Counted from the first letter of the stretch, positions 1 through 9,398 are shown. The stretch is 64,000 nt of DNA from a bacterium (GCA_046757165.1 JBHHXT010000003.1:36144-100143); one strand, 5' to 3'. The notes: generated by a model not told the origin, from the sequence alone. Made by a program: numbers and translations.

Positions 1-286
1 GGTCGATGCCGGTCGGGGAGAGATCGATGACGGGAAAGCCATATAACTTGGATATTTCAACATAGATGAGATGCCGGTCGACCTTCAACTCGTCGATCAG
101 GATGTCGAGGAGCTTGCGTTTGGCATTTCGGGGTTCACGACTCTGGATATCCGCCGCCTTTTGCAGCATCTCTTCGTTGACGACGCCCCGGGCGACCAGC
201 GCCTGTGACAAACGCCCGAGACTTTTGGTTCCCGGCCTGAGATTGATCTCTGCTGTAATCGTGGTTTTTTCTGCTTTTCTAACCAT
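1..286 (-). CDS. pilB: N-terminus of a PilB/GspE-type pilus assembly ATPase (MshEN-like domain), truncated by the window edge
   Basis: Manual translation from ATG at 286: MVRKAEKTTITAEINLRPGTKSLGRLSQALVARGVVNEEMLQKAADIQSREPRNAKRKLLDILIDELKVDRHLIYVEISKLYGFPVIDL. This resembles the PilB/GspE N-terminal domain and follows pilC directly. The ATPase motifs lie outside the window. Confidence 0.7.
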   Translation of the reverse strand, partial: MVRKAEKTTITAEINLRPGTKSLGRLSQALVARGVVNEEMLQKAADIQSREPRNAKRKLLDILIDELKVDRHLIYVEISKLYGFPVIDLSPTGID

Positions 287-299
287 AGTTCACTTCAGT

Positions 300-1643
300 T
301 CACTTCGATAGCGGTGATGGAGGACTCACAAATCCGATTTCAGATGACACCAGGGTCAAGCCGACCACCAGTAAGGTGATAAATATCGAAACCATGACAT
401 TGATCATGTCGACCAGCTTGCTCATTTTATGTTTGGTTTCTGTTTCATAATAGTTTGCCAGTTGCAGCGCCGTCTCCCGCAGGGTTCCGGATTCCTCCCC
501 GGACCGCAGTCGTCGGACGGCGGTCATCGTAAAGCAGTTGGCGCGGATGAGACATTCAACGAAGCTCTTGCCCTCTCTCAACATGCTCGGGATGACGTGC
601 CCGGTGATTTGCTTTTCAATGTATTTGTTCCGGCATGATTCTGCCGCAATACGAATGGCGGTGATGTTCTCGCCCGAGCTGCTGTAGAGCGAGTAAAAGA
701 CGCGCGCAAAAATCTCGATGCTCGTCTTGTGCAGGATCGAACCTACAACGGGTACGCGTATCACAGTCCGGTCGAAAGTATATCTGCCTTTTTCCGTTCT
801 GAGCCAATTGAAAAATAGCACGAGTGGGGTGATGAACAAGATGAAAAGTATGCCGTAGTAGTCCTGCAAAAAGTGGCTCAAGTCCATGGTTGCACGCGTC
901 ATCGGCGGGATATCAATGCTATACTTGGTCAGAATGTCTGTCATTTTGGGAAAAATGTACATGACATAGAACACCACGGCCGCGAGCATTCCCAGAGTGA
1001 CAAACATGGGCATAAACAGGATGGTGCGCAGATTACTTCGAAATTCTTCATCCCGCTCCAGGAACCTTGCCGTGCTTTCGTAGATCGCTGCCATATTCCC
1101 GCTGGTGGAGGCCACGGCCATCATGTGTGCTGCAAACTTGCCGAACACGTCGACGTGTTTGCTGTAGACCATGTGACCTTCATTGCCGGCTTTCAGGTCC
1201 TTCTGGACATCGCGAATGGTCTCACGCAGCCGCCTGTTTTCGGTGTCATCGCCGACGAGCGTTAAAATCTCATCGTAAGGAAATTTCTCCCGCAACAGGT
1301 CCGAGCAGATTCGAATGAACAAGATCAAATCCTTGGTCGGGACCTTGAGTTTGAAGTTGAACACTTTCTTGCGGACGTAGAAAACCCGGTAGCCCATCTT
1401 GATCAGGGCATTCTGCAGCTCCTCTTTTGAAAACGCTTTTTGTTCACCAAAAAGCGGCTTCTCCCGTCCGCGCTGAACTTTGTAAGCAAAGAGCGTTTTC
1501 TTTTCAATGGCATCAATGCGAACGCCTTTGCTTTTGACCAGCCTTTTGACTTTTTCTTTGACCGTCTTGTCGTCCGGACTGAAGACGACGCCTTGAATCG
1601 GTTTTCCTGTGACGTTGACGCCGGTGTATCGGTATTCGGGCAT
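300..1643 (-). CDS. pilC: Type IV pilus/T2SS inner-membrane platform protein (PilC/GspF family)
   Basis: MPEYRYTGVNVTGKPIQG start, two GspF-like repeats (…ASTSGNM…, …SGEESGTL…), three hydrophobic segments, and an apparently duplicated N-terminal beta motif. Confidence 0.9.
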   Translation of the reverse strand: MPEYRYTGVNVTGKPIQGVVFSPDDKTVKEKVKRLVKSKGVRIDAIEKKTLFAYKVQRGREKPLFGEQKAFSKEELQNALIKMGYRVFYVRKKVFNFKLKVPTKDLILFIRICSDLLREKFPYDEILTLVGDDTENRRLRETIRDVQKDLKAGNEGHMVYSKHVDVFGKFAAHMMAVASTSGNMAAIYESTARFLERDEEFRSNLRTILFMPMFVTLGMLAAVVFYVMYIFPKMTDILTKYSIDIPPMTRATMDLSHFLQDYYGILFILFITPLVLFFNWLRTEKGRYTFDRTVIRVPVVGSILHKTSIEIFARVFYSLYSSSGENITAIRIAAESCRNKYIEKQITGHVIPSMLREGKSFVECLIRANCFTMTAVRRLRSGEESGTLRETALQLANYYETETKHKMSKLVDMINVMVSIFITLLVVGLTLVSSEIGFVSPPSPLSK

Positions 1644-1680
1644 GAAAATCGCTCTGATTATGAATTCAATTTACACAAGT

Positions 1681-1705
1681 TGGGGTTGGACTGCGTCCAA
1701 CCCCA
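1681..1705 (-). terminator. Perfect 11-bp stem-loop between the pilin-like gene and pilC (partial terminator or mRNA-stabilising hairpin)
   Basis: TGGGGTTGGAC-TGC-GTCCAACCCCA, with only a weak U-tract. Confidence 0.55.
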
Positions 1706-1720
1706 GCCTGCCATGGTCGC

Positions 1721-2134
1721 TTATCTGTTGGTAATCGCGGTGGTGACCCCGTCTCGCGTTACGGTCGCGTCGATGGTGACGTTGACTGCATCTCCGTCCT
1801 GGTCTTCGACGCCCACAAAACGAAAAACCACTTGCGTCGCCGTGCCGGCCGTTTGGATTGAATAGGTGCCATCCTCGGTGGTGGCGGGCCAGGTCAATTG
1901 CGCGGTCATGTCAGTGCCCGTTGCCAGGGCCACAAATGAGTTGCCGCCGCCGCCCGCCAGCACGGGTTTGCGGTACCAGTCACGTGCTCTTTCAGAAAGC
2001 GTCAGGATGCCTTGCATGCCGGCGTCCTGGTTGGCCCGGCCGGCGCTGGTGGTGACCATGTTGATGCCAACCGCGATTGAAATCCCAACAATGATGGTGC
2101 TGAGAACGATGAGTAAAAGTTGCTGTTGTCCCAT
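1721..2134 (-). CDS. Pilin-like protein with a minimal MG leader (MGQQQLLLIVL family)
   Basis: N-terminal hydrophobic helix directly after MGQQQ, small globular C-terminus, strong RBS (TAAGGAG), located upstream of pilC/pilB. Confidence 0.7.
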   Translation of the reverse strand: MGQQQLLLIVLSTIIVGISIAVGINMVTTSAGRANQDAGMQGILTLSERARDWYRKPVLAGGGGNSFVALATGTDMTAQLTWPATTEDGTYSIQTAGTATQVVFRFVGVEDQDGDAVNVTIDATVTRDGVTTAITNR

Positions 2135-2266
2135 GAGATGTTACTCCTTAATTTGACGTTACTCCAATTTGTTGGCGAATTGTATGAGATTCCCCCGGGT
2201 TGTTCGGCTGTCACCTCCTTTCCGGCCCGCGGGTGCCGGTGCTGGTTCGCTGTTTCATGGTAGTTG

Positions 2267-4747
2267 TCAGTATGAATCGCGCGCCTGCGCGATCTGAAAA
2301 TTGAAATTCGAAAACAAGATTCGTTCAAAATTTTTCTTCAAAAGGTTGACCACTTGCTCCGCTGTTTGAAAACGGTTATCCGGTTGCTTTTCCAGACATT
2401 TCAGCACCAGGGCATCACAGAATCTCGGCACCTGGCTGTTGAGTGTCGACGGCGGCGGCGGGACGATGTTCAGGATGGCCTCGGCCAGACTCGGATAATT
2501 GCCCCCCATAAACGGGTGCTTGAGCGTCAACACCTGGTACATGATGACGCCCAGCGAAAAAATATCGCTGCGATTATCACCGCGTTGTCCGTGCAGTTGC
2601 TCCGGTGACAAATACAGGCGCTCGCTCTCGTCCTGTAAATTGTCATACTCATCAAAAAGCGTCCCAGGAATGAGAAAGTCCATCAGCTTGGGCTCCTCGT
2701 TACCTCCAAGCATGATGTTGTTTGGCTTCAGGTTCAAATGAAAGAATCCCAACCGGTGGCTATAAACCAGGCCCTTGAACACCTGGTAGATGGCTTTGAT
2801 GAAGCGCTCGCCATTGAAATTGCCATTCTTGAACATGGCCGTGAAGGGCACCCCCTCGACGAATTCACGCGCGATATAAGTCAGATCCTGGTCTTCGTCC
2901 ACTTCGTAAATGGTGACAATATTCGGGTGGTTGAGCTGCCCGAGCGCTGATGCAATCTGATAAAACTCCCGTTTCTGCGGGTTGTTGACCGGCAGCGAAT
3001 TGAAGACTTCCGACTGGATGACTTTCAAGATGACAAATCGCTGTAAGTTGGTATCCTTTGCTTTGTACACTTTGATCGCGCCCTTACCCCCCAGTTCCGC
3101 CAGCAGCTCGAACCGACCCAATTTTTTGATGTACCCGAATTTGAGCTCATCAATTGGATTGCGCCAGGCCACTTCAAACAGGCTCAGATTCTCCTGCAAG
3201 TATTTCAATTTGAACTGCCCGATGGCATTGACCTTGAACCGGTTGGAGCTCTTGATCTCACGGTAGGCTTTGGCGCTCAGAAAAATGCGGTCGGTTTTCT
3301 GGAACACTTTGCCGTACATGGGCTTGTCCTGTACCGAGAGATCGGGTTCACTAACGATTCCGATTTTCAGCCCCGTACTCAGGTCGCGCAGCGTCTGTTC
3401 ACTGTTGTGAAGCAACCCCTCGCGCGCATGATGAACCCCGATGGCGAGATGGACTTGCTCTTGCGGTTCGTTGACAAAATTGTAGCGATTCAAGATGTTG
3501 AGCAGGTCCACACAGAGAGATACCCCCTGAATGATGTCGTTGGTGAAAATCAGCAGTCCGTTGGCGGTTGCCCACACGTGATTGACCTGGTACTTCTCGA
3601 GACAATCGGTGAGCACCGCGAAGAACTTTTTGCGTATTTGATTGACTTGCTCCATGCCAAAATCTTCACATATCTGGTCAAAATTGCTCAGCTCGATGGT
3701 GACCAGAATTTCTGTGTCCGCCGCAATGTCTAAATGCTCGCTGGCCTCTTCCTCGCTGGAGAAGATGGCCGCGCCCTCTTTCTGAAAGTCGTCGTAGGTC
3801 AGCGTAGAGCGCGATGCACCGGCCCGTCTGCTCATGGTCTCAAACGGGCTGAGCCGGTTGAGGACTTCGCCGCTGAGATTGAAAGGTGGCGCGCCACCAC
3901 GAGCTTGTCCCCCCTGCTCCTGAGTCTCTTCCAGGGAGTGGTAAGCGTAGATACTCTCGGTTTCAACGGTTTCAGCGCTTTCAAAGCTGCCCCAGTACTC
4001 CTTCTCGAACAGGAACCGCTTCAGCTCCAGATAAAAGCTGAGATCTTGCAGGGTGTCGAATTTCTTTGTTTGGTGCAAGTATTCCATCACCAGGTGGCGG
4101 TCGATGAAGCTAAACCGCTGCGGTTGATTCCGGGTCTCGCCATTGAACTTCTTTTCCAAGTAGGTCATACAAAGCTGTCCCGTCAGCACATAAGGGTTTT
4201 CCGTTGTGTCGATGAGCTTCTTGAGCAAGTTGATCGTCTCGTGGAACTGCGCCGTTTGCCACGAGCACCGCAGATGCAAGTCCACGGCTTGCGGGACATA
4301 GCCGGACTTGTTGAGAAGCCTGGCCGTCACGTGTCGGCATTTGTCATATTGCTGCTGGCGGAAATAAGCCATAGAGAGATGGTGCGCGATTTTGTCAAAC
4401 TGCGCGCTCTCGCTCCGGAGCGCCATTTCATACACCTGCAGGGCGCCCGCATCATCTCGCCCTTCCTTCAGGAATGATCTTGCCAGCACCTCATAGATTT
4501 CTGCGTTGTTCGGCTCATACTGGATCGCCTTCTGGTAGATAGCAAGCGCTTTTTCGTCGAACTTTTTCAGGCCGATGAGCGCTTTGCTGAGCTGCGTGTA
4601 GATGTGCTTGTTTGCCACCCTGAACTGCAGCAATTGATTATAGCGCTTGACGGCCTCGCCGTACAACCCCTTCTCCAGATAGGCATCGCCCAGCGCCATG
4701 ATCATGATCAGCAAATCCTTGTTGTTTCTTGCGTCAATCGTCGGCAT
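2267..4747 (-). CDS. Multidomain protein: TPR repeats, degenerate class III nucleotide-cyclase-like domain, Ser/Thr pseudokinase
   Basis: TPR-like helices at the N-terminus. Cyclase-like central region (VTIELSNFD…ATANGLL…LAIGVH…IFLS…GQFKLK). Kinase fold with LGGKGA, VILK, HLNLKPNN, DFL, YLSPEQ and DIFSLG. Confidence 0.8.
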   Translation of the reverse strand: MPTIDARNNKDLLIMIMALGDAYLEKGLYGEAVKRYNQLLQFRVANKHIYTQLSKALIGLKKFDEKALAIYQKAIQYEPNNAEIYEVLARSFLKEGRDDAGALQVYEMALRSESAQFDKIAHHLSMAYFRQQQYDKCRHVTARLLNKSGYVPQAVDLHLRCSWQTAQFHETINLLKKLIDTTENPYVLTGQLCMTYLEKKFNGETRNQPQRFSFIDRHLVMEYLHQTKKFDTLQDLSFYLELKRFLFEKEYWGSFESAETVETESIYAYHSLEETQEQGGQARGGAPPFNLSGEVLNRLSPFETMSRRAGASRSTLTYDDFQKEGAAIFSSEEEASEHLDIAADTEILVTIELSNFDQICEDFGMEQVNQIRKKFFAVLTDCLEKYQVNHVWATANGLLIFTNDIIQGVSLCVDLLNILNRYNFVNEPQEQVHLAIGVHHAREGLLHNSEQTLRDLSTGLKIGIVSEPDLSVQDKPMYGKVFQKTDRIFLSAKAYREIKSSNRFKVNAIGQFKLKYLQENLSLFEVAWRNPIDELKFGYIKKLGRFELLAELGGKGAIKVYKAKDTNLQRFVILKVIQSEVFNSLPVNNPQKREFYQIASALGQLNHPNIVTIYEVDEDQDLTYIAREFVEGVPFTAMFKNGNFNGERFIKAIYQVFKGLVYSHRLGFFHLNLKPNNIMLGGNEEPKLMDFLIPGTLFDEYDNLQDESERLYLSPEQLHGQRGDNRSDIFSLGVIMYQVLTLKHPFMGGNYPSLAEAILNIVPPPPSTLNSQVPRFCDALVLKCLEKQPDNRFQTAEQVVNLLKKNFERILFSNFNFQIAQARDSY

Positions 4748-4763
4748 TGCAAAATTCGGCTCG

Positions 4764-5174
4764 TTAAAGAGCGAAGCTCTTCATTCGTTTTAACTCCTTG
4801 TCTACCGCCCGTTCGATAAGCTTGATCGCCTCCGCATCCTTTCTGCCCTCGATGATGTAGTGCTTGGCGACCAGCGTGTACAGCTCGTCCCGCCACTCAA
4901 ATGGGATCTTGAATCGCAGGATAAGCTCGAATACTTTCATGGCGCGCCTGTCGCGACGATTCTCGAGATAATAGATTCTTGCCAACTTTCGGTACACCTG
5001 CAACTTCTCCGGGCTCTGCTGCACCAGAGATTCCAGTATTCGGCCTGCTTTGCGGTCATTGCCTCGCCAGAGCCAGATACTCGCCCGCAATTCCGGCGAA
5101 AGCCAGATAATGCCGAAAATCAGGCTCGAGACCAGCAAAACAATGGGCAAAACGAACAGCTCCATCTTCGTCAT
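4764..5174 (-). CDS. Small membrane-anchored TPR-like protein
   Basis: N-terminal TM segment followed by helical TPR-like repeats; co-oriented within the cluster. Confidence 0.6.
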   Translation of the reverse strand: MTKMELFVLPIVLLVSSLIFGIIWLSPELRASIWLWRGNDRKAGRILESLVQQSPEKLQVYRKLARIYYLENRRDRRAMKVFELILRFKIPFEWRDELYTLVAKHYIIEGRKDAEAIKLIERAVDKELKRMKSFAL

Positions 5175-5249
5175 TCCGTTTCCACCGAAGAGTTTTCAGT
5201 GGCGTTTATTATTCTCCCCTCCAGCGCAGGTCCAACCACCAGGCAGCCC

Positions 5250-6608
5250 CTATTGTAGAACAGGTAGCTGCACTCCCGACACTTTGCGAATCACATTGTT
5301 GGAGGAATCAATTAAGAAAATCGAAAAGTCCCCGCTGATGAGTGGCGTGTCATCCAGGCGATAGGGATGAATTCTGTCAATTACGGTCCCTCTTTCATCG
5401 AGCTGTGCTGTTTGATAGTCTTTCAGGCTATTGAAAAACACCACAGCCAGAACGGCATCATCGCTCAGTGTGGAGCGAGTAATTGGCTGCGTCTGCGAAG
5501 CGATGAGGCTGCTCGAGTTTGCAGCGTTCGCCGGCAGCGCAACTTTCGTCTGGCGCGACCCGCCGGAGCGTGAAGCGGCCATCCGTGCTTTGGGATTGAA
5601 GTTTTGTAACGCCATGCCCAGCATAAAACAGAGCAACCCGGTGAGCAAAACCAGGCCGGGAACCATAAACCTACGTCGATGAATAGTCGTCATGAGCGAA
5701 TGCTGATTGGTTTGAAGTTGTGGTTCACTGTAGTTGTCATGGATGAATCTGTCTATTTTCTGACTTAGTTTATTCTCTTCTTCCGCAATGGTGGTCGAGA
5801 GTCCCTGCCGCCTGGTGTCCTTGCTATCCTGGCTGACGCGGGCGATGGCAACAGTAATGTTGTCCGAGCCGTCTCGCCGCATCGCTTTCTGTATCAGCTT
5901 GCGCGTGAGGGCGTCGAGCGAGCCGTGGTTGCGCTCGAAGAGTCTCTTGATATCCCTGGGGCCTACCGAATTGTGCAGACCATCGGTGCACAGAATATAG
6001 GTGTCGTCTTTCTTGTACTTCTCACAATGGATATCTATTTTCACCGTGGGCCCCGTGCCCAAGGCGCGCGTGATGACATTTTTTTGTGCAAATGTTTCGA
6101 TCTGCTCTTCATTGATTTCCTTGTCTTCGATCAGCTCGTTGAGCCAGGAGTGGTCTTCGGTGAGTTGAAAGACCTCCTGGTCGCTGACGCGGAAGATTCT
6201 GCTGTCCCCGACGTGCACCATGGTCGCAAATGACTTATCGAGCGAGAGTGCGACCACCGTTGTGCCCATGCCACGCAACTTGCTGAACTGAGTCGAGATA
6301 TTGTAGATTCTCCGGTTGGCCAGGCGTACCGCTGCGATGAGCCGGCAGGACGAACGCGCCAGAGTGAGCTCCTGCTCGTACAAGAAGTGCTTGACCAGCT
6401 CATCATCCATATGCTGGTAAATGTCCTGAATGGTCTCGACCGCGATCTTGCTGGCCAGACCGCCGGCAACTTGTCCCCCCATGCCGTCACAAACGATCAC
6501 CAGGTTTTCGTCCTTCGAGATGTAATAGCTGTCCTCGTTGGCTTTCCGGACTTTGCCGACGTCGCTGTAGACCGCTGTTGTGGTTGTGATCCGTTTTTCT
6601 TTCAGCAT
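5250..6608 (-). CDS. PP2C-family Ser/Thr phosphatase (Stp1/PrpC-like) with a TM segment and extracytoplasmic tail
   Basis: Intact motifs RKANED, CDGMGG, HVGDSR, TRALG, LCTDGL and DNIT; TM segment VPGLVLLTGLLCFMLGMAL. Confidence 0.9.
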   Translation of the reverse strand: MLKEKRITTTTAVYSDVGKVRKANEDSYYISKDENLVIVCDGMGGQVAGGLASKIAVETIQDIYQHMDDELVKHFLYEQELTLARSSCRLIAAVRLANRRIYNISTQFSKLRGMGTTVVALSLDKSFATMVHVGDSRIFRVSDQEVFQLTEDHSWLNELIEDKEINEEQIETFAQKNVITRALGTGPTVKIDIHCEKYKKDDTYILCTDGLHNSVGPRDIKRLFERNHGSLDALTRKLIQKAMRRDGSDNITVAIARVSQDSKDTRRQGLSTTIAEEENKLSQKIDRFIHDNYSEPQLQTNQHSLMTTIHRRRFMVPGLVLLTGLLCFMLGMALQNFNPKARMAASRSGGSRQTKVALPANAANSSSLIASQTQPITRSTLSDDAVLAVVFFNSLKDYQTAQLDERGTVIDRIHPYRLDDTPLISGDFSIFLIDSSNNVIRKVSGVQLPVLQ

Positions 6609-6624
6609 GGTTTATCAGCGCAGC

Positions 6625-9387
6625 TCAATAATAGCTCAGCTTGCTTCTGGTTCGCCTGACACCGAACTGCAACCCCACCACCAACAAAATGGCGACCAAA
6701 GCCGAAGCCATGTAAGCGAAATAAATGCCACTGTTTCGTTTCAGGGCTGAGGCAGCGTTCGTGTGTTTGCTGTTGCCAAACGCCTGTCCCCAGACCACCC
6801 GTTCGGGCGTGCGACTGTTGCTGTTGAGTTTATAGAAGCGCCCATCTTCTCTCAATACCAAAATATCGAGGGTGTGGTCATTATCAAGGTCACCGATCAG
6901 AGGCTGGCTAACCAGTTTTGACTCACCTGCCGGATGGGTGATCAGCGTTCTTCCGGTGGCGCCGTCGAGAATATAGAGCGTGCCACGTTGGCCGGTGACC
7001 AGGACATCCAGCGTGCCGTTTTTGTCGAAATCGGCCAGAATGGGCTGGCCGATGAAGAGGTCGTTGGATGGGGTCCGGAATTCCCACCAGACCATTTTCC
7101 TATCCCGGCCTGCACCCGTACCCTCGAGAGCAATCAGCCTGCCCGCGGAAGTCTGGCTCACGACGTCCGCCAGGTTGTCGCCGTCCAGATCTCCCAGCAC
7201 GATCCCCTGCGATCCGGCCCCGGCTTCAGTTGCCAGACTATCGTTGAGCGAATACCACATTCTGTGCAGACTGGCGCCGTCGAGCGCCAGAATATTTCCC
7301 TGTTCAGAATGGATGGCCAGGTCTGGGAGAGTATCTCCATCGAGATCCGCCACGGCAACCGGGCCTCGAACTTGGTTGTTCTGGTCAAAACTGCCAATGG
7401 CTTTGTTGAGTTCTTCGTTCACATTCAGTTCTTTCGTGATTTTTTGCTCGACTGCGTCGATCAGGAGCACTTTGCCGGTTTCGGTGCCGATCAGCAGGGT
7501 CGTTAACCCGTCCCCTGTTCTATCGGCGACGCTGATGATCGAAAGAACCGGCACCTGCAAATCCATCTTGACCCAGCGCAGGGTTCCCAGATTGGAAAGC
7601 CCGATGTAGACCGCGTTCTCGACCGAGGCGACCGCCACATCTTTCAGACCGTCACCGTTGAAATCGGCGACGACCGGAGGCCCGGTAAGGGGGCCTGCCA
7701 GGATTGGGCTTTTCCAGATTTCCAGCCCCCATTTGCCGTCGATGGCGTGCACGCGGTCGTCGGTTGATATGACGACGAGATCTGGCAGTCCTTTGCCATA
7801 CAAGTCTTCGACCACGACCGGGAACTCCTGAATGGCTTTGAAATCATAGTTTGTCCACAACGGGTCCTTGGACCGCCCGTTGATGCAGTTCAGAAGCCCC
7901 TTGTTGTTGACGTAGATCAAGTCCACAGTTTCATCGCCGTTGACATCCGCAATGGCTGGATGAATGGCAAAACTGACCCTCTCCCGGGGCTCGAATTTTG
8001 AATCGATGTCGCTCGCACCCCACACGGCCTCAGAGAGTTGCAATTCACTCGGCCGACTGGTAATCAAACGTCTGTTTGCAAACGATTCTCCAAAGACAAC
8101 AAGCGCCAGCAAGATCAGCAGAGCCGAGACCGCGTTGAACAACGGCAGTCTGTAGCGTACCGTCCATCCCCCCGCCTTGCGCGGGAAGGAGTAGTCCCAG
8201 TCCCCCTCTTCAACCATCCTGAGAATATGACTTTTGCCGTCGCTCTTGATTTCAATTTCATCTCCCGCGCGGATTTGCACCTCGTGGTTGATCTCGAGCA
8301 TGCGCTGGTTGAGCCAGGTTCGACTTTTGCTCCGCTTGTCCGAAAGATACCAGCGGTTATTCTTGAATCTTAGCGTCGCATGTCGTCTCGAGATCGATTG
8401 GTCGAACTTGCCCCTGGAATTCTTTTTGAGGACGATATCGTTGAGTTTTCTGTCGCGACCAATTCGGGTTTCGGGTTCCTTTATTTTGAATTTCCGGCCC
8501 AAATAGTAGCCGTAAATGCCCAGAAGATACGCGGCCTGCGTTTCTAGTGGGCTGCCGGTCACCGCTTCCTCGGGCTTTTCGGTATCGGTGTAGAGGTCGA
8601 CGGTAATGCCGCTGTTTGTGCCTTCGGGTTCCAGCGTTTCAGGGACGAGGTCACCGCCGATCAGAAAGTCCTCCGCGGCAGCGTCTGCCAGGCTCGTGCC
8701 GCCGTCCGGGTATCCGGGGCCGGGCTGTTCTTTCAAGTCGAGTACACCGTCTGGGTGGCCATACCCGTTAGCGCCTTTTTGGCCGGAGGTATGGCTTGCC
8801 GGATACTGTTCAGCATGTGACGTCGCCGGATGGTCGCTCATCCCGGGTTGGCCAGACCGGCTGGTCGTTGCCCCATTCTCCGTGTGCCATGACGATAGCT
8901 TGAGCTGAGTCGCCGGCGGTTCACGGTTGGTTGCCAGCCAGTCGTTGAGCTGGACCAGGGATGGCACGCCGACCATTCGCTCAGCGATATTGGGGCGTGG
9001 TCCCTGGGGACTGCTCGTGCTCCTCACCGGGCGCGCAGGCTGAGCGGCCGGTGTAACACCAACAACCGGCAGTTCGATACCAGGGCCTGTCTCCGAGCCC
9101 AAAAAGACGATGGTATGTTTTCCTAACTTGACTTCGTCGTAATCGTGAAGGGGTGTTCGCTGCGAGATTTTGTGGCCATTGACAAATGTACCCCACTGGC
9201 TCTGCAGATCCCGCACATAGTATTGTCCGTTTTGTTGTTCAAACTGAAGATGGAAAAAAGATATAACTTCATCATTGATGATTATGTCGTTTCCTCTCTC
9301 ACATCCGACAGTGAATGCCTCCATCTCGTCGGGAACTGCCAGTTTTTTTACCACCTGGCTCCCCTTTTTTATCACCAATTTCGGCAT
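6625..9387 (-). CDS. Two FHA domains, TM, FG-GAP/PQQ-like beta-propeller and C-terminal TM
   Basis: FHA1 (ISFFH…GTFVNG) and FHA2 (IGRD…ISRRH); repeated ADxNGDG/DLDGD FG-GAP motifs; two hydrophobic segments. Confidence 0.85.
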   Translation of the reverse strand: MPKLVIKKGSQVVKKLAVPDEMEAFTVGCERGNDIIINDEVISFFHLQFEQQNGQYYVRDLQSQWGTFVNGHKISQRTPLHDYDEVKLGKHTIVFLGSETGPGIELPVVGVTPAAQPARPVRSTSSPQGPRPNIAERMVGVPSLVQLNDWLATNREPPATQLKLSSWHTENGATTSRSGQPGMSDHPATSHAEQYPASHTSGQKGANGYGHPDGVLDLKEQPGPGYPDGGTSLADAAAEDFLIGGDLVPETLEPEGTNSGITVDLYTDTEKPEEAVTGSPLETQAAYLLGIYGYYLGRKFKIKEPETRIGRDRKLNDIVLKKNSRGKFDQSISRRHATLRFKNNRWYLSDKRSKSRTWLNQRMLEINHEVQIRAGDEIEIKSDGKSHILRMVEEGDWDYSFPRKAGGWTVRYRLPLFNAVSALLILLALVVFGESFANRRLITSRPSELQLSEAVWGASDIDSKFEPRERVSFAIHPAIADVNGDETVDLIYVNNKGLLNCINGRSKDPLWTNYDFKAIQEFPVVVEDLYGKGLPDLVVISTDDRVHAIDGKWGLEIWKSPILAGPLTGPPVVADFNGDGLKDVAVASVENAVYIGLSNLGTLRWVKMDLQVPVLSIISVADRTGDGLTTLLIGTETGKVLLIDAVEQKITKELNVNEELNKAIGSFDQNNQVRGPVAVADLDGDTLPDLAIHSEQGNILALDGASLHRMWYSLNDSLATEAGAGSQGIVLGDLDGDNLADVVSQTSAGRLIALEGTGAGRDRKMVWWEFRTPSNDLFIGQPILADFDKNGTLDVLVTGQRGTLYILDGATGRTLITHPAGESKLVSQPLIGDLDNDHTLDILVLREDGRFYKLNSNSRTPERVVWGQAFGNSKHTNAASALKRNSGIYFAYMASALVAILLVVGLQFGVRRTRSKLSYY

Positions 9388-9398
9388 TTACTTAAAGC

